A stretch of DNA of 61,203 nt, filler included, from a candidate division TA06 bacterium SM23_40 (GCA_001303705.1; 6 parts of 6 records of this genome joined end to end with filler, not necessarily neighbours in it), one strand, 5' to 3'; counted from the first letter of the whole stretch, positions 1-9,006 are shown. Program-made: numbers and translations. Notes: a model not told the origin generated them from the letters alone.

Positions 1-810
1 GGATCGTACGGTGGCGGCGGGATCGCTTGCTGGTGGCTTTCGTTCCCGATCATCGACCTCAACACGATCGTGGGCAACACCTCTCTGTCTGATCCGGGTG
101 GGGGAGTCTACTGCCACCAGTCCTCTCCGACCCTGGACATCAATACGTTCTCAGGCAACGTTGCTCCTTACGGCGGAGCGATCGGTTGCGACTATTACGC
201 TTCTCCGGCGGTGACGAACTGCATCCTCTGGGCGGATAGCGCAGGCACATTCCAGGAGATCTATCTGGGCCTCTTCGCGACAGTCACCGTCGACTATTCG
301 GACGTCCAGGGCGGCTGGTCGGGGACAGGCAACATCAACGCCGACCCGAAGTTCGTCCTCCCCGGTCAGGGGGACTACCGTCTGCTCTGGGGTTCGCCCT
401 GTATCGATGCCGGCGATCCTACCTGGCCCAATGATCCGGACGGCACGCGCTGCGATATGGGAGCGCACCCGTTCGACCAGAGCCGGCAGCTCACGCTGTA
501 CCTCACGCCCCATGCTTCCCACGTTACGCCCGGCGGGCAGCTCGGGGTGACCTACACCGTCATCAATCGGCAGGCGCAGCCCGTGCCGTTTACGGTATCG
601 AGCGATGCGGTCCTGCCGAACGGGAATACGGTGAACGTTCTGGGGCCGAGCAACTACACCCTCCCTGCGAATTTCACGGCGCAGCGGACCTTCACCCATA
701 ACGTGCCAGCTGTCGCACCTGTTGGGGACTATCTGTATCGGTCTCAGATCACGCCGCAGGGCAGCCCGAACCCTTACGATCAGGATCAGTTTGCATTCCT
801 GAGTCCATAG
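1..810 (+). CDS. Secreted right-handed beta-helix repeat protein with shared C-terminal domain, paralogue 1 (5' truncated)
   Basis: Frame is open from base 1 (GSYGGGGIACWWLSFPIIDLNTIVGN...). Contains GGG(V/I)xC...SSPT repeats, the NINADP...SPCIDAGDP...DMGA motif, and a C-terminal domain ending DQDQFAFLSP. Confidence 0.85.
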   Translation, partial: GSYGGGGIACWWLSFPIIDLNTIVGNTSLSDPGGGVYCHQSSPTLDINTFSGNVAPYGGAIGCDYYASPAVTNCILWADSAGTFQEIYLGLFATVTVDYSDVQGGWSGTGNINADPKFVLPGQGDYRLLWGSPCIDAGDPTWPNDPDGTRCDMGAHPFDQSRQLTLYLTPHASHVTPGGQLGVTYTVINRQAQPVPFTVSSDAVLPNGNTVNVLGPSNYTLPANFTAQRTFTHNVPAVAPVGDYLYRSQITPQGSPNPYDQDQFAFLSP

Positions 811-937
811 CGGCGCAGTATCCACGATGTGGCCGTGGTCGGAGCTGTGTCGTTCGACTGCGAGACCTCGACCACCTCGAGTAGAGGTTCTTCCACCGGG
901 CCTCTCCGTGGAGGCCGGCAACCAGAAGGAGGGTATG
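811..937 (+). repeat. Conserved intergenic element, copy 1 (copy 2 at 2516-2645)
   Basis: GGCGCAGTATCCACGATGTGGCCGTGGTCGGAGCTGTGTCGTTCGA is identical in both copies. Both copies contain two hairpins and end in the RBS GAAGGAGGGT. Confidence 0.85.
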
Positions 938-2515
938 ATGAAGACGGTGGCAACTCTCGTGTGCGGAGCCGCAGTCCTTTTGCTGTGTGCGAGCGCGTGG
1001 CCGGCAGTGTTGAACGTGCCCGGCCAGTATCCGACAATCCAGGCCGGGATCGATGCCGCGGCGATCGGGGACACGGTGCTCGTCGCTCCCGGCACCTACA
1101 CCGGGAACGGGAACCGTGACCTTCACTTTTCGAGCTCCCTCCCCGCCAAGGATATTACGGTCATGTCCTCGGGCGGGCCCTGGGTGACGATAATCGATTG
1201 TCAGGGGTCCAGCTCGAGTCCCCACCGGGGGTTCATCTTCCAGTGTTGCGAATCCTCGAACTCGGTCGTACAAGGGTTCACCATCCAGAACGGGTGGACC
1301 ACCGAGGGCGGAGCCATCAGCTGCCTGAGCTCATCTCCGACGATCACCGGGAACGTAATTCGGGCGAATACCGGCCAGGATTTCGGAGGCGGGATCTGGT
1401 TCAGCCAGTATTCACATCCGACCATCACGAACAACTTCATTCTGGAGAATCAGTCCGATGCGGGCGGCGGGATCTGCTGTTATCTGTATTGCATCCCCAC
1501 CATCACCGGCAACCTGATCGAAGGGAATACCGCAGCCGGGATGGGTGGTGGAATCCAGGTGTACGACGGGGGACCCTGGCACGGTCCGCTCGTGACTGGC
1601 AACACGATCAGAGGCAATTCGAGCGGCGCCGGCGCCGGCGGCATCGGCTGCTCGAACTCCTTCGCGACCATCATCGGCAACAGGATCGAGGGGAATGTCG
1701 TGCAGTCCGGTTCTGGCGGCGGGATCTTCTGCGGGTTGTCGTCTCCGATCATTGATCTCAACACGTTCGTGGGCAACAACTCAGGATCGTATCCGGGCGG
1801 CGGTGTCTACTGCTACTGGCAGGCTTCTCCGACCATGGACATCAACACGTTCTCAGGCAACTCCGCCTCCTACGGCGGCGCTGTCGGCTGTGACATGCAG
1901 TCTCATCCCTCGGTGACGAACTGCATCCTCTGGGCTGATGTGGCCGGTGCGCCGCAGGAGATCTACGTGGGTCCCATCGGCTGCAGCATCACCGTCGACT
2001 ACTCAGACGTTCAGGGTGGCTGGCCGGGCACGGGGAATATCAACGCCGACCCGAAGTTCGCGCTGCCGGGCCAGGGGGAGTACCGTCTCCTCTGGGGTTC
2101 GCCCTGCATCGACGTCGGCGACCCCACGTGGCCGAGTGATCCGGATGGCACGCGCTGCGACATGGGAGCGCATCCCTTCGACCAGAGTCGGCAGCTCACA
2201 CTCTATCTTACGCCCCATGCGTCCCATGTCTCGCCCGGCGGGCAGCTCGGGGTGACCTACACCGCGATCAACCGGCAGCCGCAGCCTGTTCCGTTCACGG
2301 TGTCGAGCGATGTTGTCCTGCCGAACGGGAATGCGGTGAACGTAGTGGGGCCGAGCACCTATACGCTCCCTGCAAACTTCACGGCCCAGCGGCTCTTCAC
2401 TCACAACGTGCCGTCTTCTGCACCGGTCGGGAACTACCTGTACCGGTCCAAGGTCGCGCCGCCGGGGAGCCCTAACCCCTATGATCAGGACCAGTTCGCA
2501 TTCCTGAGTCCGTAG
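938..2515 (+). CDS. Secreted right-handed beta-helix repeat protein with shared C-terminal domain, paralogue 2
   Basis: RBS AAGGAGG, signal peptide MKTVATLVCGAAVLLLCASAWP, VPGQYPTIQAGIDAA..GDTVLVAPGTY start motif, multiple GGGI-x-C / PTITGN repeats. Confidence 0.9.
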   Translation: MKTVATLVCGAAVLLLCASAWPAVLNVPGQYPTIQAGIDAAAIGDTVLVAPGTYTGNGNRDLHFSSSLPAKDITVMSSGGPWVTIIDCQGSSSSPHRGFIFQCCESSNSVVQGFTIQNGWTTEGGAISCLSSSPTITGNVIRANTGQDFGGGIWFSQYSHPTITNNFILENQSDAGGGICCYLYCIPTITGNLIEGNTAAGMGGGIQVYDGGPWHGPLVTGNTIRGNSSGAGAGGIGCSNSFATIIGNRIEGNVVQSGSGGGIFCGLSSPIIDLNTFVGNNSGSYPGGGVYCYWQASPTMDINTFSGNSASYGGAVGCDMQSHPSVTNCILWADVAGAPQEIYVGPIGCSITVDYSDVQGGWPGTGNINADPKFALPGQGEYRLLWGSPCIDVGDPTWPSDPDGTRCDMGAHPFDQSRQLTLYLTPHASHVSPGGQLGVTYTAINRQPQPVPFTVSSDVVLPNGNAVNVVGPSTYTLPANFTAQRLFTHNVPSSAPVGNYLYRSKVAPPGSPNPYDQDQFAFLSP

Positions 2516-2645
2516 TGGCGCAGTATCCACGATGTGGCCGTGGTCGGAGCTGTGTCGTTCGAACGCAAGACCTCGGCCACATCGAGTAGAGACTCATCCA
2601 CCGGCTTCTCTTCCGAGAGGGACCGGCAACGAGAAGGAGGGTGTC
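2516..2645 (+). repeat. Conserved intergenic element, copy 2
   Basis: Near-identical to 811-937. CGATGTGGCCG (2530-2540) pairs perfectly with CGGCCACATCG (2574-2584). Confidence 0.85.
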
Positions 2646-4199
2646 ATGAAGACGGTCGCAACTCTTGTCTGCGCAGCCGCAGTCCTTTCCCTGTGTGCGA
2701 GCGCGTGGCCGGCTATTCTCTACGTGCCGAGCCAGTATTCGACGATCCAGGGCGCGATCAATGCGTGCTCAGTCGGCGACACGGTAATGGTAGCCCCTGG
2801 CACCTACACCGGCAGCGGGAACCGTGACCTCGACTTCGGCGGTAAGGATATCTGCGTGATGTCGTCGAACGGTCCGTGGGTGACGGTTATCGATTCTCAG
2901 GGGAGCAGCTCGAATCCCCACCGGGGGTTCATCTTCCAGAACAGCGAGACCCCGAGCGCGACAGTGCAGGGATTCACGATCCAGAACGGATGGGCGGGCG
3001 ATGGCGGCGCTGTCTCCTGCCAGAACTCCTCCCCGACGATTACGGGGAACGTGATGCAGGGGAATACTGCCCAGTACATCGGTGGCGGCATCTCCTTCCT
3101 CGGGGGTTCCTCTCCGGTCATCACCGGCAACTTCATCCTTGCGAATGGAGCGAATGCCGGTGGGGGGATCTACGGCCAGGATCCGAGTACTCCCACCGTC
3201 AGCGGCAACCTGATCGAGGCGAACGCGGCTGCCCAGGATGGGAGCGGGATCGCCTTCGGTCCACTGTGCGGGGGAACCATCAGCGGCAACACGATCAGGG
3301 GGAATGCCGGTGGTGGCATGGGCGGTGGGATCGCCTGCTATGCGTCCTTTCCCAGCATAGTGGGGAACAAGATCGACCTGAACTCAGGACCCATGGGCGG
3401 CGGCGGGATCGCGTGCTGGTACTTCTCGTCTCCGACGATCGACTCCAACACCATCGTGGGGAACGTAGCCGGGTCGAACCCGGGCGGAGGGATCTGGTGC
3501 TGGCAGTGGTCCTCTCCGACCATGGACCGGAATACGTTCAGCGGGAATTTCGCCGGCAACGGGGGCGCCATCGGGTGTGATATGGGGTGTACGCCCACGG
3601 TCAGGAACTCCATCCTGTGGGCGAATGTCTCCACCACGAACCCGGAGATCTACGTCGGTCCCAACAGCTCTACCATCACCGTCGACTACACCGATGTCCA
3701 GGGTGGTTGGCCCGGGACAGGCAACATCAACGCCGACCCGAAATTCCTGTTGCCTCCCCAGCTCGACTTTCGCCTCCTCTGGCCCTCGCCCTGCATCGAT
3801 GCTGGCGATCCGACACCATCGCTCAACGATCCAGATGGCACACGTCGCGATATGGGAGCCCACTACTTCGACCAGGGCCCGACCCTTACGCTCTATCTCA
3901 CACCCTCCAGTTCCCATGTCACACCCGGCGGTCAGCTTCGGGTTAGATACACGGTCATCAACAGAAACGCCGGGCCAGTGACGTTCTCGGTGGTGAGCAA
4001 TGTTGTCCTGCCGAACGGAAACACACTGAATGTCCTGGGGCCGAGCTCATATACGATTCCCGGCAATGTGACGGTGCAGCGGACGCTCACCCATAACGCC
4101 CCGGCCGCCGCACCGGTCGGCCACTACCAGTATCAGTCGAGCATCACCGGAATCCTGAACCCGCCGCCGATGCAGGTGTTCGGATTCCTCGTGCCGTAG
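2646..4199 (+). CDS. Secreted right-handed beta-helix repeat protein with shared C-terminal domain, paralogue 3
   Basis: Same RBS, signal peptide and repeat architecture as 938-2515. The C-terminal domain has diverged and ends QVFGFLVP. Confidence 0.9.
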   Translation: MKTVATLVCAAAVLSLCASAWPAILYVPSQYSTIQGAINACSVGDTVMVAPGTYTGSGNRDLDFGGKDICVMSSNGPWVTVIDSQGSSSNPHRGFIFQNSETPSATVQGFTIQNGWAGDGGAVSCQNSSPTITGNVMQGNTAQYIGGGISFLGGSSPVITGNFILANGANAGGGIYGQDPSTPTVSGNLIEANAAAQDGSGIAFGPLCGGTISGNTIRGNAGGGMGGGIACYASFPSIVGNKIDLNSGPMGGGGIACWYFSSPTIDSNTIVGNVAGSNPGGGIWCWQWSSPTMDRNTFSGNFAGNGGAIGCDMGCTPTVRNSILWANVSTTNPEIYVGPNSSTITVDYTDVQGGWPGTGNINADPKFLLPPQLDFRLLWPSPCIDAGDPTPSLNDPDGTRRDMGAHYFDQGPTLTLYLTPSSSHVTPGGQLRVRYTVINRNAGPVTFSVVSNVVLPNGNTLNVLGPSSYTIPGNVTVQRTLTHNAPAAAPVGHYQYQSSITGILNPPPMQVFGFLVP

Positions 4200-4307
4200 G
4201 CTGATGGGCTTGGGCATCGAATGGAGGGAATTCCCGACGGGAGGGGGCTGGTCTCGGTGCCCCAGATGTAGCCAGGCCAGATGTGCTCGAGAGGAAGCAT
4301 CACAAAC

Positions 4308-4340
4308 GCGCAGCGCGCCTCTATGTGAGGCGCGCTGCGC
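4308..4340. terminator. Strong hairpin, probable terminator (short U-tract on the minus strand)
   Basis: Perfect 14-bp stem GCGCAGCGCGCCTC-TATGT-GAGGCGCGCTGCGC, followed by GTTTGT on the minus strand. Confidence 0.65.
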
Positions 4341-4626
4341 TCGTGCCGGGCCGTGCTCCACGGCGTACGGCTGATGTCGCCGGGGATTCTGGCTCCGTCA
4401 AAAGCCGTGTCCGGGCCGAGGTGAACGTCGGCGGGGTACAGCCTCGGCCGAGGGAGTGTTGCCGTCGAGCGTGATACCCCAGGCAGGGATCATCGATACC
4501 GCCCGGTGCGTGCCGGAGAAGTACTACTTGTCGTGATCCAGTTTTGGGATCGGCGATCCTTGCCTGCTGAGCGAGAGCGGTATGTGGGTGGGGCCTCGGG
4601 CCAGACCGCCTTGTGCCGCTAATACC

Positions 4627-4881
4627 TCATAGCGCCGAGGCCCTCCACCCAATGGGGCAACACAGACTGTCGTCCCTCTCAACCTCGTGAGGACACGGCT
4701 CAAGAGAGCCGGTCACCCGCGACTTTCCGCGATGTATCCTCGGCCCCCGACCGTACAGGGCTGTGCTCCCAACCACCGGATAGGGAACTACTGGAGCAGA
4801 AGGAGCGGGTTCGCCCGGTCGATCGTACGGGCTGAAGATCACATCCGCGGTTCCCGCGCGGAGGTCTGGCCTGATCGCCAT
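4627..4881 (-). CDS. Small hypothetical protein (84 aa), possibly sigma54-regulated
   Basis: GGAGGT lies 5 nt before the ATG. No recognisable family; could be a fragment of a decayed gene. Confidence 0.35.
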   Translation of the reverse strand: MAIRPDLRAGTADVIFSPYDRPGEPAPSAPVVPYPVVGSTALYGRGPRIHRGKSRVTGSLEPCPHEVERDDSLCCPIGWRASAL

Positions 4882-4905
4882 TCAGGACCTCCGGGGGAGT
4901 CTGTC

Positions 4906-5130
4906 CTAACAGCTCAGGAGCCCGGTCGGCAGACAGCAGTACGAGGGCGTGCCCAGACAGACCCTCGTCCTTTTCGCGTGCGGCGTAGGCATCGGAATGG
5001 TTGATCCCCCTCCCTGATGGGGAATGTGTGCCGATCCATGTTCTATCGGTGCATGAGCTGCCCAGATCCGATAGTGGGCGCGGGTGACTCCCGCGTGTGT
5101 CCCTGGGAGAGCTATTGACTGACCCATCAT
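4906..5130 (-). CDS. Small His/Cys-rich hypothetical protein (74 aa) downstream of a sigma54 promoter
   Basis: Strong RBS AGAAGGAGGGTGAAC-ATG, ~50 nt after the predicted sigma54 start site. No recognisable family. Confidence 0.4.
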   Translation of the reverse strand: MMGQSIALPGTHAGVTRAHYRIWAAHAPIEHGSAHIPHQGGGSTIPMPTPHAKRTRVCLGTPSYCCLPTGLLSC

Positions 5131-5190
5131 GTTCACCCTCCTTCTGGATCGAGCGTGGCCTGTACTGGCCTTTGCTCATGTGCTTCTTAC

Positions 5191-5207
5191 TGCAAGAACC
5201 GTGCCCA
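5191..5207 (-). promoter_or_regulatory. Sigma54 (-24/-12) promoter
   Basis: Minus strand reads TGGGCACGGTTCTTGCA, matching TGGCACG-N4-TTGC(A/T) with exact GG/GC spacing. It lies just downstream of a sigma54 activator gene. Confidence 0.7.
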
Positions 5208-5290
5208 CTCAGGGTGGATTCATCCAAGTGCTTGGGGTACAGGGTATTCCGGCAATAGTCCTGCGTGGCCATGCCGCCCGCCAAACGAAA

Positions 5291-5314
5291 GAAGAGGCCA
5301 AATATGGCCTCTTC
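5291..5314 (-). terminator. Intrinsic terminator of the activator gene, overlapping a candidate enhancer site
   Basis: 10-bp stem GAAGAGGCCA-TATT-TGGCCTCTTC followed by TTTCGTTT on the minus strand. Confidence 0.65.
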
Positions 5315-5378
5315 AGGCACATGGATTGAGCTAACCTATTGAAGCACTGTGACGCCCGGGCCGCGGTCAAATATGGCC
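5296..5378. promoter_or_regulatory. Two palindromic candidate upstream activator sites GG(C/T)CAAATATGGCC
   Basis: GGCCAAATATGGCC at 5296-5309 and GGTCAAATATGGCC at 5365-5378, about 115-200 bp upstream of the predicted sigma54 start site. Confidence 0.55.
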
Positions 5379-5397
5379 GGTGCGGAGGAAAACGGTG

Positions 5398-6939
5398 CTA
5401 TGACCCCAGGTCCAGCTTCTTCATCTTGCCTCTCAGGGTGGAGCGAGGGATGCCCATGATACGGGCCGCCTCAGCTTTGTTGCCACCCACCCGGGAAAGG
5501 ACGCGACGGATGTACTCCCTCTCCAGCTCCTCATAGGAGAGTGGCCGACCCTGCTGGTCCGTGAAAACATTGGCCGGGGTGACCACCGGGACGGGTGTCC
5601 GCAGTTTCTCCGACAGGTCCTTGAGGGTGATCCTGCTCCCTTTCCTGGCGAAGATGACTGCCCGTTCGATCTCATTCTCCAGTTCCCGGACGTTGTTTTC
5701 CGTCCAGTCGTAATTCTTCAGAGCCTCCAGCGCTCGTGCGTCGAACCCGCGCAGCTCCTTTCCCTTCTCTCTGCTGTACTTGTCCAGGAAATGCTGTGCC
5801 AGAAGCGAGATATCTTCCCGTCGGTCTCTCAACGGAGGCACATCGATCGTTACCACGTTTATTCGGTAGTAGAAATCCTGGCGGAACCGGCCCTCCTGGA
5901 TTGCATATCGCAAATCCTCATTTGTTGCGCAGACGAGGCGGACATCTACCTTAGTCGTCTTTGTGCCCCCAACTCTCCGGATCTCGTTCTCCTGGAGGAC
6001 CCTGAGGAGCTTGATCTGCATGGGATGACTTGTATGGTGTATCTCATCTAGAAACAGAGTCCCGCCCCCGGCTGCCTGGAATAGCCCCTGTTTGTCTATG
6101 GCGCCGGTGAACGCGCCCCTGACGCTGCCGAAGAGCTCGGCCTCCAGGAGCGTCTCGGGCAGGGCGCCACAATTGAGAGCCAGGAAGGGGCCGCTCTTTC
6201 GCTTTCCGTTGTAGTGAATCGCTTTGGCGATCACTTCCTTCCCGCTCCCGGACTCTCCTGTGATGAGTACCGTGGAATCATCGTCCAGGATCTGGGTGAC
6301 GCTCTGGAAGACCTTCTGCATCGCCTTGCTCTGGCCGATGACGCCGGGAACGTCGTACCGCTTCCCGACCTCTTCGCGAAGGGTGATGTTCTCTGTCAGC
6401 AGTCTATCCATCAGGTTCGCGTTGCTGATGGCGATTGCGGCCAGGTTGGCGAAAGCTTCCAGAAACGCAGCGTCTTCTCGCGTGAAGGTCTTCACGTATA
6501 TTCGTTGATCAATATAGAGAGTGCCCAGAGGGTCAGGTCGTCCCGGTACGATGAGCGGTACACAGACGAAAGAGAGGATATGCAGGCCTCGCACACTCTC
6601 GGCGTTTCTGAATCGTGCGTCCGACTGGAGATCAGCACTCATGATAGTCTTTTTATCCTTGAGTGCCGTCTGAACGATGCTCGTGCTAAAGGCGATATCT
6701 TCCTCCTCCAGGGTCTCCGAGGCGACAGTGCGATAGGTTTCGCCGGACTCGTCTGTCAGAATGATCATTCCCCTCTCTGCACCCAGTCTGGCGATGGCGG
6801 AGTGGAGCACCTCGTCGAGCAGCGTCTGTACGTCTTTGATCTGATTGATCCTCTGGCTGAAGGAGAAGAGGGTCATCAATCGATCCTGAGACAGGGGGTA
6901 TTCCTCGTCTCCCTGGACCTGATCAGCGTCGACGCTCAT
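5398..6939 (-). CDS. Sigma54-dependent Fis-family transcriptional activator (GAF + AAA+ + HTH)
   Basis: N-terminal GAF domain, Walker [15 protein letters not shown] loop, [18 protein letters not shown]-terminal [19 protein letters not shown]. Confidence 0.95.
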   Translation of the reverse strand: MSVDADQVQGDEEYPLSQDRLMTLFSFSQRINQIKDVQTLLDEVLHSAIARLGAERGMIILTDESGETYRTVASETLEEEDIAFSTSIVQTALKDKKTIMSADLQSDARFRNAESVRGLHILSFVCVPLIVPGRPDPLGTLYIDQRIYVKTFTREDAAFLEAFANLAAIAISNANLMDRLLTENITLREEVGKRYDVPGVIGQSKAMQKVFQSVTQILDDDSTVLITGESGSGKEVIAKAIHYNGKRKSGPFLALNCGALPETLLEAELFGSVRGAFTGAIDKQGLFQAAGGGTLFLDEIHHTSHPMQIKLLRVLQENEIRRVGGTKTTKVDVRLVCATNEDLRYAIQEGRFRQDFYYRINVVTIDVPPLRDRREDISLLAQHFLDKYSREKGKELRGFDARALEALKNYDWTENNVRELENEIERAVIFARKGSRITLKDLSEKLRTPVPVVTPANVFTDQQGRPLSYEELEREYIRRVLSRVGGNKAEAARIMGIPRSTLRGKMKKLDLGS

Positions 6940-6959
6940 AGGGTCCCGGCCCTCCTTTT

Positions 6960-7844
6960 CTATGTATGCTTGGCCATTCTTAGATCGTCGTGCAATTCGA
7001 CGATCTCTCTTTTGCCAAGGTAGAATTGTCTCAGTCCTTCCTCGAGATTCGATGTGATCGACTCGACTATCTGTGCAGCAGCATCCAGGTGCTCACGTGC
7101 GGGTACGTGTTGTGCTCTCCTGAGGAGGACTCTGGCGACACAAAAGTGTGCCCGCCACAGAAGCTCTCTCATCCCGCGGGGCTCGGCGATTTCCAGGACC
7201 AGAAGCTCTCTCATCCCGCGGGGCTCGGCGATTTCCAGGACCTGGCCGGCATGAGATTCCGCCTCGTCCAGATCGCCCTGCGCAAGGCGGATTCGGGCGA
7301 GAATAAGGTGGGCGCGGGCGATATACTGCGGCTTCCCCAGGTCTGCTGCGAGGCCGAGCAGTTCCTCGGCGTACTTAGTGGCCTGGGGATCACGATTCTG
7401 GGTGGTCTCTATCTGTGCCGCAAGGCTAAGGGCCTCTGATATCGATTCAACGATTCCAAGCTCCCGGAGAATCCGCAATCCCTCTTCTACATCGACGCGC
7501 GCCTCTTCGTCGTCCCGTCTGAAGTGCTTGACCAGTGCCGCATCGATGAGTGACGCGGCGCGCATCGATCTTGTCCCGACTATCTGGGCAGTCCGTGTAG
7601 CCTCCTCAAGCGCCTCCAGCGCCCGGTCCTGGTCGCCGATCTCCAACCAGACTCTGGCCAGACAGTGTTGTGCATCCCACTCTCCGGCCTTGTCGCCGAT
7701 CTGCTTGTGAATAGCCAGGGCCTCCTCCTGGTGGCCGAGAGCAGCCCGATAGTCTGCGCGGCATGTATGGATCGCTGCAATGCAGCACAGCGCATCGGCC
7801 TCGCCAAGTCTGTTCCCGATCTCCCGCTCGATCTTGAGTGACAG
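6960..7844 (-). CDS. TPR-repeat protein, C-terminal part (5' truncated by contig end)
   Basis: Open frame to the contig edge (LSLKIEREIGNRLGEADALCCIA...EEALAIHKQIGDKAGE). MalT/STAND-like TPR repeats. Confidence 0.85.
   Translation of the reverse strand: MSLKIEREIGNRLGEADALCCIAAIHTCRADYRAALGHQEEALAIHKQIGDKAGEWDAQHCLARVWLEIGDQDRALEALEEATRTAQIVGTRSMRAASLIDAALVKHFRRDDEEARVDVEEGLRILRELGIVESISEALSLAAQIETTQNRDPQATKYAEELLGLAADLGKPQYIARAHLILARIRLAQGDLDEAESHAGQVLEIAEPRGMRELLVLEIAEPRGMRELLWRAHFCVARVLLRRAQHVPAREHLDAAAQIVESITSNLEEGLRQFYLGKREIVELHDDLRMAKHT
7158..7242. repeat. Exact 42-bp in-frame tandem duplication
   Basis: CAGAAGCTCTCTCATCCCGCGGGGCTCGGCGATTTCCAGGAC occurs twice, encoding VLEIAEPRGMRELL twice. 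Confidence 0.95.
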
Positions 7845-7944
7845 NNNNNNNNNNNNNNNNNNNNNNNNNNNNNNNNNNNNNNNNNNNNTTAATTAATTAA
7901 NNNNNNNNNNNNNNNNNNNNNNNNNNNNNNNNNNNNNNNNNNNN
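7845..7944. other. Artificial contig linker
   Basis: N-run, TTAATTAATTAA (stops in all six frames), N-run. Confidence 0.98.
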
Positions 7945-8362
7945 GATTCGCGACACGAGCCTCCACCAACTCCCAACCAGTCGAGGTAGCACACAGGTTC
8001 CCCGCTCTCCACAAGACGGCGCCAGGGAGGACCGCAGCAAGAGCCTCGACGATTTGCCAGCCAGTTGAGGCGACCTGTAGGTTCCCACGGGCGATCGGCC
8101 TTCTCTATCTGGGTCGCCCCGTCTGGATCCCCGACCCTCGATTCGCGACACTGCACCTCTGAACTGCCGCCCCCTGGTACCGGCGAGCGCACTCAAGTGC
8201 TGCCCGGCGATCATCCATTATTGTAACTCGAACACCCGCGACCGCGCAAGCCGTGACCGGAGTCTCCGGATCACAATGAAGGGGAGTGAAGGGGACCCTT
8301 GGCTGCGGGGTCCCACCAGGCGCACGGCCTTCCGGTACGGGCTACTGTGTGCAAAAAGAGAC

Positions 8363-8391
8363 TTGACAGCGCCCTCCAGGGTGGGTAGGAT
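8363..8391 (+). promoter_or_regulatory. Sigma70-type promoter
   Basis: TTGACA-17 nt-TAGGAT upstream of the rubrerythrin-family gene. Confidence 0.7.
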
Positions 8392-8464
8392 GCCGACGTC
8401 CAGCGATGGACTCCGCACGACTGCTCTGTAATCTCGAACCAGACACTTGCGCAAGGAGGAGTAG

Positions 8465-8917
8465 ATGCCATCGATGACGTTCAATGAGGCCATAAGCCTG
8501 GCCATCGAACGCGAGATCGGAGCTGCGACACTGTACGATGGGGCATCCAAGAAGGCAACCAGGCCCGATGCGAAGAAGATGTTCGAAGAGTTGGCCGACG
8601 AAGAGCGCGAGCACCGCAGACGCCTCGAAGAACTCGATCCATCCAAGCTCACCTCATATAAGGTTGAAGAGATTCCGGATATGGGCATCGGGAAGCCAGA
8701 GGGTAAGGCCACATTCGACCCCAACATGGGATACCAGAAGATACTGATGTTTGCGATCGCGAAGGAGGAGGAGGCAAAAGGATTCTACGAACACCTGGCT
8801 GGCACGGTCGACAAGCCGGAGGTGCGCCAACTCTTCACGGCGCTGGCACAGGAAGAGGCAAAACACCGGCTGCGCCTCCAGGACGAATATGACGAACACG
8901 TGATGACCTGGGATTGA
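8465..8917 (+). CDS. Rubrerythrin/ferritin-like diiron protein
   Basis: Two ferritin-like halves: AIERE...Y...LADEEREH and AIAKE...Y...LAQEEAKH. RBS AAGGAGG. Confidence 0.9.
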   Translation: MPSMTFNEAISLAIEREIGAATLYDGASKKATRPDAKKMFEELADEEREHRRRLEELDPSKLTSYKVEEIPDMGIGKPEGKATFDPNMGYQKILMFAIAKEEEAKGFYEHLAGTVDKPEVRQLFTALAQEEAKHRLRLQDEYDEHVMTWD

Positions 8918-8949
8918 ACCGCAGGGGTGACTGCGTTCACGAGGTGACG

Positions 8950-8979
8950 CCCCCAGGCCCGAGAGATCGGGCCTGGGGG
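8950..8979. terminator. Hairpin between convergent genes
   Basis: CCCCCAGGCCCGA-GAGA-TCGGGCCTGGGGG. Confidence 0.65.
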
Positions 8980-9006
8980 TCGACATACGTATATGCCTCT
9001 CAATGA

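Noticed and set aside
827-937. N-terminal extensions MWPWSELCRS... predicted for the beta-helix genes (also 2532-2645)
   Set aside because: The strong RBS and signal peptides point to starts at 938 and 2646; the shared extension just reflects the repeated spacer.
811-2645. Integron cassette array or DGR explanation for the beta-helix tandem
   Set aside because: The spacers lack RYYYAAC/GTTRRRY attC ends, no integrase or reverse transcriptase is present, and differences between copies are not adenine-specific.
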